DNA from: Octopus sinensis
Taxonomy: Eukaryota
Direction: 5' to 3'
NCBI RefSeq assembly: GCF_006345805.1
Contig: NC_043010.1
Location: forward strand, 46,500,001-46,564,000
Length of the DNA stretch: 64,000 bases
Part shown: positions 11,627 to 22,460 of the stretch, piece after piece
Layout: the number at the start of each line of letters is the position of its first letter
Position numbering within the stretch: the stretch's first letter is position 1
Notes under the pieces: model-generated
Databases searched by the model: none
What the model saw: only the letters and a program-made list of their open reading frames with translations
Told to the model about the DNA's origin: nothing
Translations under genes and position numbers: made by a program

Positions 11627-12049
11627 AATATATAAATTAAATAATAAGGTAGAAATTGATGTTAATCAATTAAAACCTGTGGCTTAGCATATTTAAAAAT
11701 CTGAAGATTAAAAATTGTGTTACATACAATAGACGTCAAATCGCCATTACCACGAACAATGTGTAGAATCTTGTGTCTTTATTGTCAATCTATTCAAATA
11801 ACCCCTTCCCCCACAAAATCATTAGCCTGTTTATATACGTAGATATTAACAAGTGAAACCAATTGGTATGTAGGTAATCGTTTTTATTTCGTATGTTTTC
11901 ATTTGTCTTACTCATTTTCACATTTTGGCGTTTTTGCTGAGATTGTTTTTTCCTTGAGAACACATTCTTCATGGTAATGGCAATTTGACGTCTATGTTTA
12001 GCATGTAGGGTGTCCACTTTAGTGGTCATTCCTCTTAATTTTGTATACA

Positions 12050-12439
12050 TCTATATATATAAAGCTGAAGTTGTCTGTGTGTGGCAGGTTTGGTAGCCTT
12101 CAACTAACACTATATCATCCGAGACCCTGCGGCGCAAGTTGACCAAAATTGAGAGTATGATAGAAGAACGCTTGCTCTTCCTTCCATAGAAGATAAAATT
12201 CAAATTGAACCATGTTAAGACCAAACATTATTTACACCAAAAAGGTGCTTTTTTTCTATGAAAATCCCTATTTCTTACGATTTTTTTACTGCTGTGTCAC
12301 AATTTTTCGGTGTATTTCAACCAGAAAAATGTTAACTTAAAGAGAATAACAAGCTACATAATGCAAAATTTTTACTTTTCAACAATCCCAATTCTAAAGG
12401 GACAAAACAAACCCGAGCAATGCTGGGTGATACTGCTAG
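12050..12439 (+). mobile_element. Non-autonomous Helitron, subfamily 2
   Basis: a|tctatatatataaag ... cccgagcaatgctgggtgatactgCTAG|t; interior matches 11237-11626. Confidence 0.85.
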
Positions 12440-12715
12440 TATATATATATATAGAATATAACACACACAGACATATATATACACCGTTTACTCACATATT
12501 AAGGGTAACCATTCCATTAGTTCCTTTCCACTATTTGACAACACTGGTGTAAAACATATATCATGGCTGTCTAAATATAAACACTAAAGATATTAACCAT
12601 AGATTAAATGGAATACTATGTGTACCTGATATGAGCCAGTAATAACATTTCTAGGTTGGTCAGCATCCTATTTATCTGGCCATGTTGAACCAAAACACTC
12701 ACATACCAAATATCG

Positions 12716-13719
12716 GGATCAAATTTTGGCACAAGGCCAGTAATTTCAGGGAAGAAGATAAGTCAATTGCATAGACACCAGTGTTTAACTGGACCCCAAA
12801 AGGATGAAATCAGAGTCATCTTCGGCAGGATTTGAACTTAAAACGTAAAGGCAGGAGAAATGCTACTGAGCATTTTTTCCAGTGCAGTAGTGATTCTGCC
12901 AGCTTGCTGCTTTTTTTCTCACACACCAAATATTGGCTTCAAATTTTGGTACAAGGCCAACAAGTTCAGGGAAAGGAATGGGTCATTTACATTGACCCTA
13001 ATGTTGAACTGGTACTTACTTATTTTATTGACGCTGAAATGTTGAAAGACAAAGTCGACCTCGGTGGAATTTGAACTCAGAACATAAAGACAGACGAAAT
13101 GACACCAAGCATTTTGCCCAGCATGCTAATGATTCTTATTTCTTTATTGCCCACAAGGGGCTAAACATAGAGGGGACAGACAAAGGGTTTAAGTCGATTA
13201 CATCGACCCCAGTGTGCAACTGGTACTTAATTTATCGGCCCCAAAAGGATGAAAGACAGAGTCAACCTCGGCAGAATTTGAACTCAGAATGTAACGGCAG
13301 ACGAAATACCTATTTCTTTACTACCCACAAGGGGCCAAACACAGAGGGGACAAACAAGGACAGACAGACGAATTAAGTCGATTATATCGACCCCAGTGCA
13401 TAACTGGCACTTAATTTATCGACCCCGAAAGTATCAAAGTCGACCTCTGCGGAATTTGAACTCAGAACGTAGCGACAGACAAAACGCCTATTTCTTTACT
13501 AGCCACAAGGGGCTAAATATAGAGAGGACAAACAAGGACAGACAAACGGATTAAGTCGATTACATCGACTCCAGTGCGTAACTGGTACTTAATTTATCGA
13601 CCCCGAAAGGATGAAAGGCAAAGTGGACCTCGGCGGAATTTGAACTCGGAACGTAAAGACAGACGAAATACCGCTAAGCATTTTGCCCAGCGTGCTAATG
13701 ATTCTGCCAGCTCGCCGCC
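12716..13719 (-). mobile_element. Head-to-tail cluster of five family A SINEs (2 x A2, 3 x A1)
   Basis: Repeated core blocks; A1 junctions at 13135/13136, 13310/13311 and 13488/13489. Confidence 0.85.
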
Positions 13720-14087
13720 TTCAGTGATGTAAACACATTCACACACCAAATATCAACTTTTAGTTACGTTCATTCTGAAATTTGGATATAAATTTGCCAG
13801 TTAAATATTTTTGTATTTGTTTTGGTACGAAATAGTGTGTCGCATCACCTATTGTTGTATCCTGAGAGAGTCATTTTACCAATGCTAAATACAAACCCGT
13901 GCTGTCGTTCAGTTTGGCATTTCCGATGTAAGGGAGGTAACTTCGATGAATTATTCGGTTTAGTAAATGAATGTTACAAACAGTAGCTTCCACTTACCCC
14001 ATGACACGTATATGACAGATATGGTTGTAGCTGTTTAATGGCAATGACTATCATTTTCTTCTTTCTCCTTTGCTTCTTCTTCTTCTA

Positions 14088-14118
<31 letters not shown>

Positions 14119-14821
14119 CTCCTCCTCCTCCTCCTCCTCCTCCTTCTCCTTCTCCTTCTTCTTCTTCTTCTTCTTCTTCAAGGCAGCAAGCTAGCAGAAT
14201 CGTTAGCATGTTGGACAAAATGCTTTGCAGTATTTCATCCGTCCTTACATTCTAAGTTCAAATTCTGCTGGGGCCATCTTTGCCTTTTATCGTTTCGGGG
14301 TCGATAAATTAAGTACAAATGGAACACTGAAGTCGATGTAATTGGCTAGTCTCCTCCCCCAAAATATCAGGCCTTGTGTCTACAGCAAAAAGGATTATTA
14401 TTATTCCAACTCTTCTTCTCCCCCTCCTCCTCATCTGCTTCTCATCTCCCCATCTCATGCACCATTGGCCTTCCCCATATCCACCATTCCCTACAGTCAC
14501 CCTTCACCCCTTGCCCAATCTTTGCAGATGTTGCCTAACTCTCTGCTCCTTACTAACCCCGACCCCTAACCATACACTCTTGCAACCCCCACCTTCCCAC
14601 CCACCCGTTCACACTAATGGTTTCTCTGTCCCCATTCACTTCTGCTCACCTCATGTCTTGATGTACCACCTGGGCACCTTATCACTACAATTTATCTTTT
14701 TACAGCTACAACTTGATTCAATCTCACTCGGCTGTAAACAAAAGTAATCATGTTGCTCCTACAACAACAAGGACCTGCTCTGTCCCCACCCCACTCCTTC
14801 AGAGTTTTGTAATCTAGTGAG

Positions 14822-14978
14822 CTGCAGAGCTGTGTGGTAAGAAGTTTGCTTCCCAACCACCTAGTTCTGGGTTCAGTCCCACTGCATGACGCCTTGGGTG
14901 AGTGGTTTCTACTATTAGTCTAGGGCCAACCAAAACCTTGTGAGTGGATTTGGAAGACAGAAACTGAAAGAAGCCTGT

Positions 14979-15015
<37 letters not shown>

Positions 15016-15165
15016 CTGTATTTGACCCCCACCACCACTTGACAATCAGTATTTGTGTGTTTATGTCCCTGTAACTTAATGGTTCGGCAAAAGAAGACTG
15101 ATAGAATTAATACTTGGCTTAAAAAATTATGTGCCGGGGTCAATTTTTTCAACTAAAAACCCTTC
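14822..15165 (+). mobile_element. SINE family B, 3' truncated
   Basis: Head, CORE-like block and internal microsatellite present. Confidence 0.75.
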
Positions 15166-15177
15166 AACTTCGTACCT

Positions 15178-15480
15178 TAGCATGGGTTGGATGATTTGAC
15201 TGAGGACTGGTGAACCAGATGGCTGCACCAGACTCCAATCTGATCTGGCAGATTTTCTACAGCTGATGCCCTTCCTAATGCCAACCACTCTGAGAGTGTA
15301 GTGGGTGCTTTTACGTGCCACTGGCATGGGGGGCCAGTCAGGCGGTACTGGCAACAGCCACGCTCAAATGGTGTTTTTTACGTGCCACCTGCACAGGAGC
15401 CAGTCCAGCGGCACAGGCAACAACTTCGCTCAAATGTTTTTTCATGTGCCAGTAAGGAGACGCTGGCACAGAAGCCAGTT
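15178..15480 (-). mobile_element. Family D RTE-type 3' UTR fragment
   Basis: Matches 36480-36770 and 50880-51280. Confidence 0.75.
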
Positions 15481-15517
15481 AGCTGCTCTGGAAACGAACA
15501 AAATTATGAGGTCTCAT

Positions 15518-15705
15518 GAGAATTTACAAAAAAACGAAACACGAAGATGGGTGTGTAAACAACAAACAGATGTATTAGTTTAATGCACGGGAAGTGAGAA
15601 AGTCTTTTACATTTCAAGCCTATGTTCTTTGACAGACAGGAACACAGAAATAAACAGGGAGAGAAAACAGAAAAAGGTATAGTGGCTAGCGATCTATCAT
15701 GGCAA
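15518..15705 (-). mobile_element. Penelope-like (PLE) terminal-repeat fragment, decayed
   Basis: Reverse complement resembles 39297-39497, including a decayed hammerhead-like block. Confidence 0.55.
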
Positions 15706-15710
15706 ATGTC

Positions 15711-15953
15711 CAGGAAATTAAAAATTTTTGGTATTATTTATTCAACATTATATACATTTCATTTACTGTAAGGAATTTCCTATTGGAAGTTCTTCAGACA
15801 GAGAAATTATATAGTTATTTAATTTCTCTGTGTGAAGAAATTCTAACAGGAAATTCCTTACATGCCTATCTAGCACGTAAAATTTTGAAATTACTATTAA
15901 CAAATGAAACATGTGTAATGGTGAATAAATACTAAAAATTTTCAAATTTCCTG
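15711..15953. repeat. Fold-back (MITE-like) element
   Basis: Inner inverted repeat 15768-15809/15820-15861; outer arms 15711-15764/15902-15953. Confidence 0.8.
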
Positions 15954-16275
15954 TTTTGTTATACAAGGACTCTGCAAATAATATTTCCATAATTCTCAAT
16001 TTTAATATGTATTTTAACTAACATACAGCAGCATTTGATACTACATACTGGATTGTAATAATGGAATGAGCAGATATGCTTGTGTGTGTGTGTGGTGTGT
16101 GTGTGTGTGTGTAAAGGTGTTTTTGAGAGAGAAACCTCTTTGGAAATGCTATTCATTATGGAAAGTTAGTGGCTACTGGCAATGATACAGAAAACAGAGA
16201 GCCAGAATCATTGTTTTCTTGTTATCTACTCAGATATAATAGTTCTTTCCCATATTCAAAAAACATTGAATACTC

Positions 16276-16710
16276 CTCTCTTTTTACTCTTTTACTTGTT
16301 TCAGTCATTTGACTGCGGCCATGCTGGAGCACTGCCTTTAGTCGAGTAAATCGACCCCAGGACTTATTCTTTGTAAGCCTAGTACTTATTCTATTGGTGT
16401 CTTTTGCTGTACTGCTAAGTTACGGGGACGTAAACACACTAGCATCGGTTGTCAAGCGATGTTGGGGGAACAAACACAGACACACAAACATATACATGCG
16501 CATACATATACATATATACGATGGGCTTCTTTCAGTTTCCATCTTCCAAATCCATTCACAAGGCTTTGGTTGGCCCGAGGTTATAGTAGAAGACACTTGC
16601 AAAAGTTGCCACGCTGTGGGACTGAACCCAGAACCATGTAGTTCGTAGGCAAGCTACTTACCACACAGCCACATCAACGCCTATAACTCACCATACAGCC
16701 ACTCCTATGC
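16276..16710 (-). mobile_element. SINE family B
   Basis: Full match. Confidence 0.85.
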
Positions 16711-16857
16711 CTATGAATCCAAATTTATCATTTTCCAGAATAGAGTGAATTCTATTGTATCAGCCTTTTCTGCCAAGCTACCAGGACATAAACAAACCAA
16801 CACCAGTTGTGAAGCAGTGGTGGGGGACAAACACACACATATATATGTATATAAATA

Positions 16858-17190
16858 TATGGCTCAGCGGTTCAAGTATTGGGTTCACAACCATGAGGTT
16901 ACGAGTTCGATTGTCGAACTGGGCTGTATGTTGTGTTCTTGAGCAAGACACTTTATTTCATGTCGCTCCAGTTTCCACAACTGCAGAAATTAGTTGCAAT
17001 GTCACTGGTGCCAAGTTGTGTTGGCCTTTACCTTTCCCTTGGATAACATCAGTGGAGTGGAGGGAGAGGCTGGTAGGCATGGGCAACTGCTGGTCTTTCA
17101 TAAACAATCTTACCCAAGTTTGTGCCTTGGAGAGTAAATTTCTAGGTGCAATCCCATGGTAATTCATGACTGTATTGGGTCTTTACCCTT
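16858..17190 (+). mobile_element. CORE-type SINE family C
   Basis: tRNA-like head, CORE-like ttgtgttcttgagcaagacacttt, tail gggtctttaccctt; homologous to 39068-39590. Confidence 0.75.
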
Positions 17191-17238
17191 ACATATATAT
17201 ATATATACGCGAGAAAGAAGCAACAAGAATGGATAGGT

Positions 17239-17329
17239 TTTTAGTACGATCGTTTCATACAAGGACAGGTTTTATTAAAAGTTGCAAAGATTACAGCATA
17301 TAAACGAGTCCCGTACTCATCAGCTAAAA
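17239..17329 (-). ncRNA. Mirror copy of the hammerhead motif on the minus strand
   Basis: Exact reverse complement of 17438-17528. Confidence 0.72.
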
Positions 17330-17437
17330 TACATGTAAGTTCTCTAGACATCCTAGTGTTTGAGGCTATACTTAATTATCTACATTACTTCATGAGTATA
17401 GCCTCAAACACTAGGATGTCTAGAGAACTCACATGTA

Positions 17438-17528
17438 TTTTAGCTGATGAGTACGGGACTCGTTTATATGCTGTAATCTTTGCAACTTTTAATAAAACCT
17501 GTCCTTGTATGAAACGATCGTACTAAAA
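17438..17528 (+). ncRNA. Type I hammerhead ribozyme motif (PLE-type, palindromic helix III)
   Basis: Helix I ttttag/ctaaaa; CTGATGA 17444-50; helix II gtacgggac/gtccttgtat; GAAA 17511-14; palindromic ACGATCGT; predicted cleavage after GUA (17522). Activity is not shown. Confidence 0.75.
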
Positions 17529-17676
17529 ACCTATCCATTCTTGTTGCTTCTTTCTCGCTTATAATCACCCCACATTACTATATTGTTAAATCAGTATAGT
17601 TTTTTTTGGTGCATCTAAGTTAGGTACCATATTCAAGTAAATTCATTTAAATTAACTTGAATCTTTATTGCTCTTT

Positions 17677-17707
<31 letters not shown>

Positions 17708-17712
17708 TGTTC

Positions 17713-17980
17713 CTTCTCAAGCCACACCTGGCTCATAGGGCCGGTTTCCTTGGCGTATAGGTTCCCTATCTGGATGGGACGCCGGTCTATTGCAAGTGAG
17801 CTGCAAGATGCAGGAGGAAAGAGTGAGAGAAAGTTGTGGCAAAAGAGTCAGCAGAAGTTTGCCATTACCTTCTGCCAGAGCAGCGTGGCGCTTAGGTGTT
17901 TCACTCAAAAACACACACATTGCCCGGTCTGAGATTCAAACCCGCGATCCCTCTGCTCTAACCACTAGGCCATGTGTCTC
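17713..17980 (-). mobile_element. tRNA-derived SINE family G
   Basis: Head cacatggcctagtggttagagc..gggtttgaatctcagaccgg; homologous to 34222-34513. Confidence 0.75.
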
Positions 17981-18003
17981 CATATATATATATTTCTTAT
18001 ATA

Positions 18004-18043
<40 letters not shown>

Positions 18044-18840
18044 TATATAAGACACACACACACATGATGGGCTTTTTTCAGTTTCTGTCTGCTAAATCCA
18101 CTCTCGAGACTATAATAGAAGACACTTGCCCAAGGTGCCATACAGTGGGACTGAACTCAGAACCATGTGGTTGGGAAGCAAGCTTCTTACCACACAGCCA
18201 CATCTGCAACTATGAGAGTAATTTTTAAAATAATTTTTTTATATATCTTTATCCATAAAATAGTTTTTTAGTGTTATTATGTGATGGAATTTAGAATTCA
18301 TTAAAAATATACTGGCGAGAGGAGGGATACCAAGTTTCTTGAACTCTCAGAAATATTTGGCTAAGTGTCTATTTATTTATTTTAATGTTCGGCTTCTTAA
18401 AGAAAAAAGTAATGTAACCTTATACGTTTGACATTTCTAGTTATTTTATTTTAGTTTTTTTTTTTTTCCTTTCTTCATTTCCCCTTAGCTGTTTGTGAGA
18501 GAAGTTTAACTACTGAAACACTTAGCAACCTCACTTCTTCACTTTTCTCTTGCTGTTCATAGAAGTTGGTTGTGGAAAATAACATTTGACAATGAAATAA
18601 CTTTTTACCCAAGTATCAATTTCAAGTTTTCCTCAGAAAGTAAATATGTCTCGAGCATGGCTGTGTGGTTAAGTTAAGAAGCTAACTTTGCAACCATGGA
18701 GTTCTGGGTTCAGTCCCGCTGCATGGCACCTTGGGCCAACTGATGCCTTATGATTGAATTTGATGTGGAAACCCATCATGTGTATGTGTGTGTTTGTATC
18801 TGCATGTAGAATCAACTTGTGAAAAAAATATATCCATCTC

Positions 18841-19244
18841 GCAGGAGTGGCTGTGTGGTAAGTAGCTTGTTTACCAACCACATGGTTCCGGGTTCAGTCC
18901 CACTGCGTGGCACCTTGGGCAAGTGTCTTCTACTTTAGCCTCGGGCTGACCAATGCCTTGTGAGTGGATTTGGTAGACGGAAACTGAATGAAGCCCGTCG
19001 TATATATGTATATATTATATGCGTGTGTGTGTCTGTGTTTGTCCCCCTAGCATTGCTTGACAACTGATGCTGGTGTGCTTATGTCCCCGTTACTTAGCGG
19101 TTCGGCAAAAAAAAAAACGATAGAATAAGTACTGGGCTTACAAAAGAATAAGTCCCGGGGTCAAGTTGCTCGATTAAAGGTGGTGCTCCAGCATGGCCGC
19201 AGTCAAATGACTGAAACAAGTAAAAGAGTAAAAAGAGTAAAGAG
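18841..19244 (+). mobile_element. SINE family B, near-consensus
   Basis: Full match, tail (gtaaaaga)n. Confidence 0.88.
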
Positions 19245-19321
19245 TATCTCGTACCTCCTGACTTTCTTTGTATTTTATATACTCCTCATGAAGTAATCTT
19301 CTTTTATTGGATTTCCTGTAT

Positions 19322-19555
19322 TTAACCCTTTCGTTACTGTTTTTATTTTGAGATACTCTGTATTTCTTTCAATTACTTTAGATATAACAAAGAATTTAGT
19401 AAAATAACTTCATTATCATTAAGCTAGAGTTAAGAACATAAATTGTGACTAAGGTTTGTCGGAAGATTTTAATTCAAAACTTATGAAAACAAGACATTTG
19501 TAATTAGAGCCAGAGCCAGAGCCGGTTTCAGCCGGGTTGGTAACGAAAGGGTTAA
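19322..19555. mobile_element. piggyBac-type MITE family F
   Basis: TTAA|ccctttcgttac ... gtaacgaaaggg|TTAA; inverted homolog at 54450-54679. Confidence 0.85.
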
Positions 19556-19821
19556 ACTACATATGGCTCTACATTACACTGCTATGTATTGACTTTCTTA
19601 TCTGCTATTAATATTTGATTATGTTTTGAGGCAAAAAATTTTATTCCACATTGCCTTAATTCAACCTGGATTTAAGGAACAAATACCAGATTGTTGATTT
19701 TTTACAAGTATTGTTCACCTCTGTAGGACCTATTTGCAGCTATAATAGTTGAAGTAATCCCTAGTTTTAACCCTTTTGATACTAACACACTCAAGACTGC
19801 TCCTGGTTCCACCTTGTTCTA

Positions 19822-20210
19822 ATGCCTGACACACGATTACCCAAAAGACTGTTTTACAGTGAATTGGCAGAAGGCAAGCGTACGCAGAGTGGGCAGAAAA
19901 AGGACTTCAACAATACGCTTAAAGCCTCATTGGAATGTTTTCTGATCAATCCCGACACCTGGGCAATGCAGGCACAGGACTGCTCTGCTTGGCATAGCTG
20001 CACTAACAGGGGTTCCATTTCCTATGAAGAGAATAGGATCAGAGGAGCACAAAGAAAATGTGAGCTGTGCAAGTCCAAAGGCAATTCCTTGCTTTCATTC
20101 CCAGCAGACCATCAGTGCTTGACCTGCAGCAGAACCTTCCGAGCATGCATTGACCTGATTAGCCACAGTCTATCTTCTCGCATAAGATCATCATCGACGA
20201 CGATGAATGA
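19822..20210 (+). mobile_element. RTE-BovB-type LINE ORF2 C-terminal fragment
   Basis: MPDTRLPKRLFYSELAEGKR..GQKKDFNNTLK..W...AQD.SAW and terminal zinc finger CLTCSRTFRACIDLISH. Confidence 0.85.
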
Positions 20211-20892
20211 ACATTGTCATATACATGTATACACACACACACATATATATCTTTTATTGGTTTCAGTCATCAGACTGTACCAATGCTGAGACACCACCTT
20301 GAAGAATTTTTAGTCAAATGAATCCATCCCAGAATTTTAGTTTTAGTTTTAAGACTGGTACTTATTCTATTGGTCTTTCATTGAACTGAGGATGTAAACA
20401 CACCAACGCCGGTTGTCAAGCAATGGTGAGGTACAAACACAAGCACAAAGACTAACACACACACAATGGTCTTATTTCAGTTTCTGCCTATCAAAGGCAT
20501 GTGCCCAATGTGCCATGCAGTGGGACTGAACATTGAATCATTTGATTGGGAAGCAAGGTTCTTACCACACAGCCGTGCCTATATATATATATATGTAGGT
20601 ATGTATATGTTGAGAGATAGCATCATCATTGTATTCACCATGTGGTTGGGAAGAAGCTTCTTACCACATAGCCACACCTAATTTATTTGTCTATATGGAG
20701 ATGCATAGAATGAGTTTGTATGATGAAATACGTAAACAAAGGGAAAAATATAAGGTTAGTCTGCTGGATCATCTTCTTAATAAAGTAAATACTGAGTGCA
20801 AGAAGGTCATCAGATGATGATGTTTAGCTCCTGGTCAATTTTGATCAAAAATATTCTAGCCATGACCATTCCCATATTTTTGAACTTACATG

Positions 20893-21127
20893 CCTATTTC
20901 TTTACTACCCATGAGGGGCTAAACACAGAGAGGACAAACAAAGACAGACAAACAGATTAAGTCGATTACATCGACCCCAGTGCATAACTGGTACTTAATT
21001 TATCGACCCCGAAAGGATGAAAGACAAAGTCGACCTTGGCGGAATTTGAACTCAGAACGTAACGGCAGACGAAATACTGCTAAGCATTTCGCCCGGTGTG
21101 CTAAGATTTCTGCCAGCTTGCCACCTT
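20893..21127 (-). mobile_element. SINE A1
   Basis: Full head, core and A1 tail. Confidence 0.85.
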
Positions 21128-21745
21128 ACGTAGTGCATCTGGGACTGCATTGTTTAATGTCTCCTTCCCTTTTTGACGTGTGACTTGAGAGAAATTTGGT
21201 TGCTATTTCTAGTAGGTCAATTAATCACGTGAAAGCTCAAGAATTTGCTATAATACTTGAAATTTGAAAGGCTAGCAGATTCTTGTAAAGAAATATCTTC
21301 AGTTTTTTTTTTATTTCTTTCAAACTTTTGCTGGTTTCAATTTCTAAATAATTTATAGCTTTAATCCAATGCTCATATCTTATATTGGAGCCCTTTTTAA
21401 GCTCTTTAGTAAGATAGTCAAATTTCTAATGCCTTTTGCTTGTTCAAACCAGCCATAAATAATATTTCTGATATTATTTTTAGCAACTCCAGTCAAATGA
21501 TTCTGGAAAATGTTATTTAATACATCAATTAAAAGTTTTTATTTTTTTTATATGAACACTTCCAAGCTTACATTATTACAAATATTTAAAGAGTTCAATA
21601 GAAAATTTGTTCATAATTTTTTTTTCTTCGTGAAGTAGTATGAGGGCACCGTAACTAATCCAACTTTAATCATTATTAAATTTTTAATCGGTTCCAATTT
21701 GTGTAATTTGACCCAATGTGGAAACTGGAATAAAATTACCAGCCT

Positions 21746-22143
21746 TTTACTCTTTTACTTGTTTCAGTCATTTGACTGCGGCCATGCTGGAGCACTGCCT
21801 TTAGTCAAGCAAATCGACCCCAGGACTTATTCTTTGTAAACCTAGTACTTATTCTATCAGTCTCTTTTGCCGAACTGCTAAGTTATGGGGATGTAAACAC
21901 ACCACCATCGGTTGTCAAGCGATGTTGGGGGGGACAGACACGCAAACATATACACACACATACATATATACATATATATTCGACAGGCTTCTTTCAGTTT
22001 CCGTCTACCAAATCCACTCACAAAGCTTTGGTTGGCCCAAGGCTATAGTAGAAGACACTTGCCCAAGGTGCCATGCAATGGGACTGAACCCGGAACCATG
22101 TGGTTGGTAAGCAAGCTACTTACCACACAGCCACTCCTGCGCC
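21746..22143 (-). mobile_element. SINE family B
   Basis: Full match. Confidence 0.85.
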
Positions 22144-22234
22144 TTTGTGGAAACTTAAATAAAATTACCAACCCTTTTAATATTAACCCATCAGAGACCA
22201 CTTACAATAGCTTAATAATGACAGAGTTATTTCA

Positions 22235-22460
22235 TTAACCCTTTAGCATTTAATCCAGCCATATCCATCCAGCCAAAATATTTTACCTGTTCTATGTTCA
22301 AACTGGCCAGATCGAGACTCTCTCAACTACCTTACAATGTCATTATAAACACACTCACATGATCGAAATCTTGAAGTTACAAGATTATACATAATTAATT
22401 GAAAACAGTGTGAATAAATAATCATTACTTTGGACAGCAATCTGAGTGTTTAAGGGTTAA
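22235..22460. mobile_element. piggyBac-type MITE family E
   Basis: TTAA|ccctttagcatt ... aaggg|TTAA; many homologs in the window. Confidence 0.8.

Larger units (their letters stand above)
17209..17558. repeat. Near-perfect inverted repeat (about 164-bp arms, 22-nt loop) within a (TA)n-flanked PLE-like insertion
   Basis: 17209-17372 is the reverse complement of 17395-17558; I found one mismatch. Confidence 0.95.
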
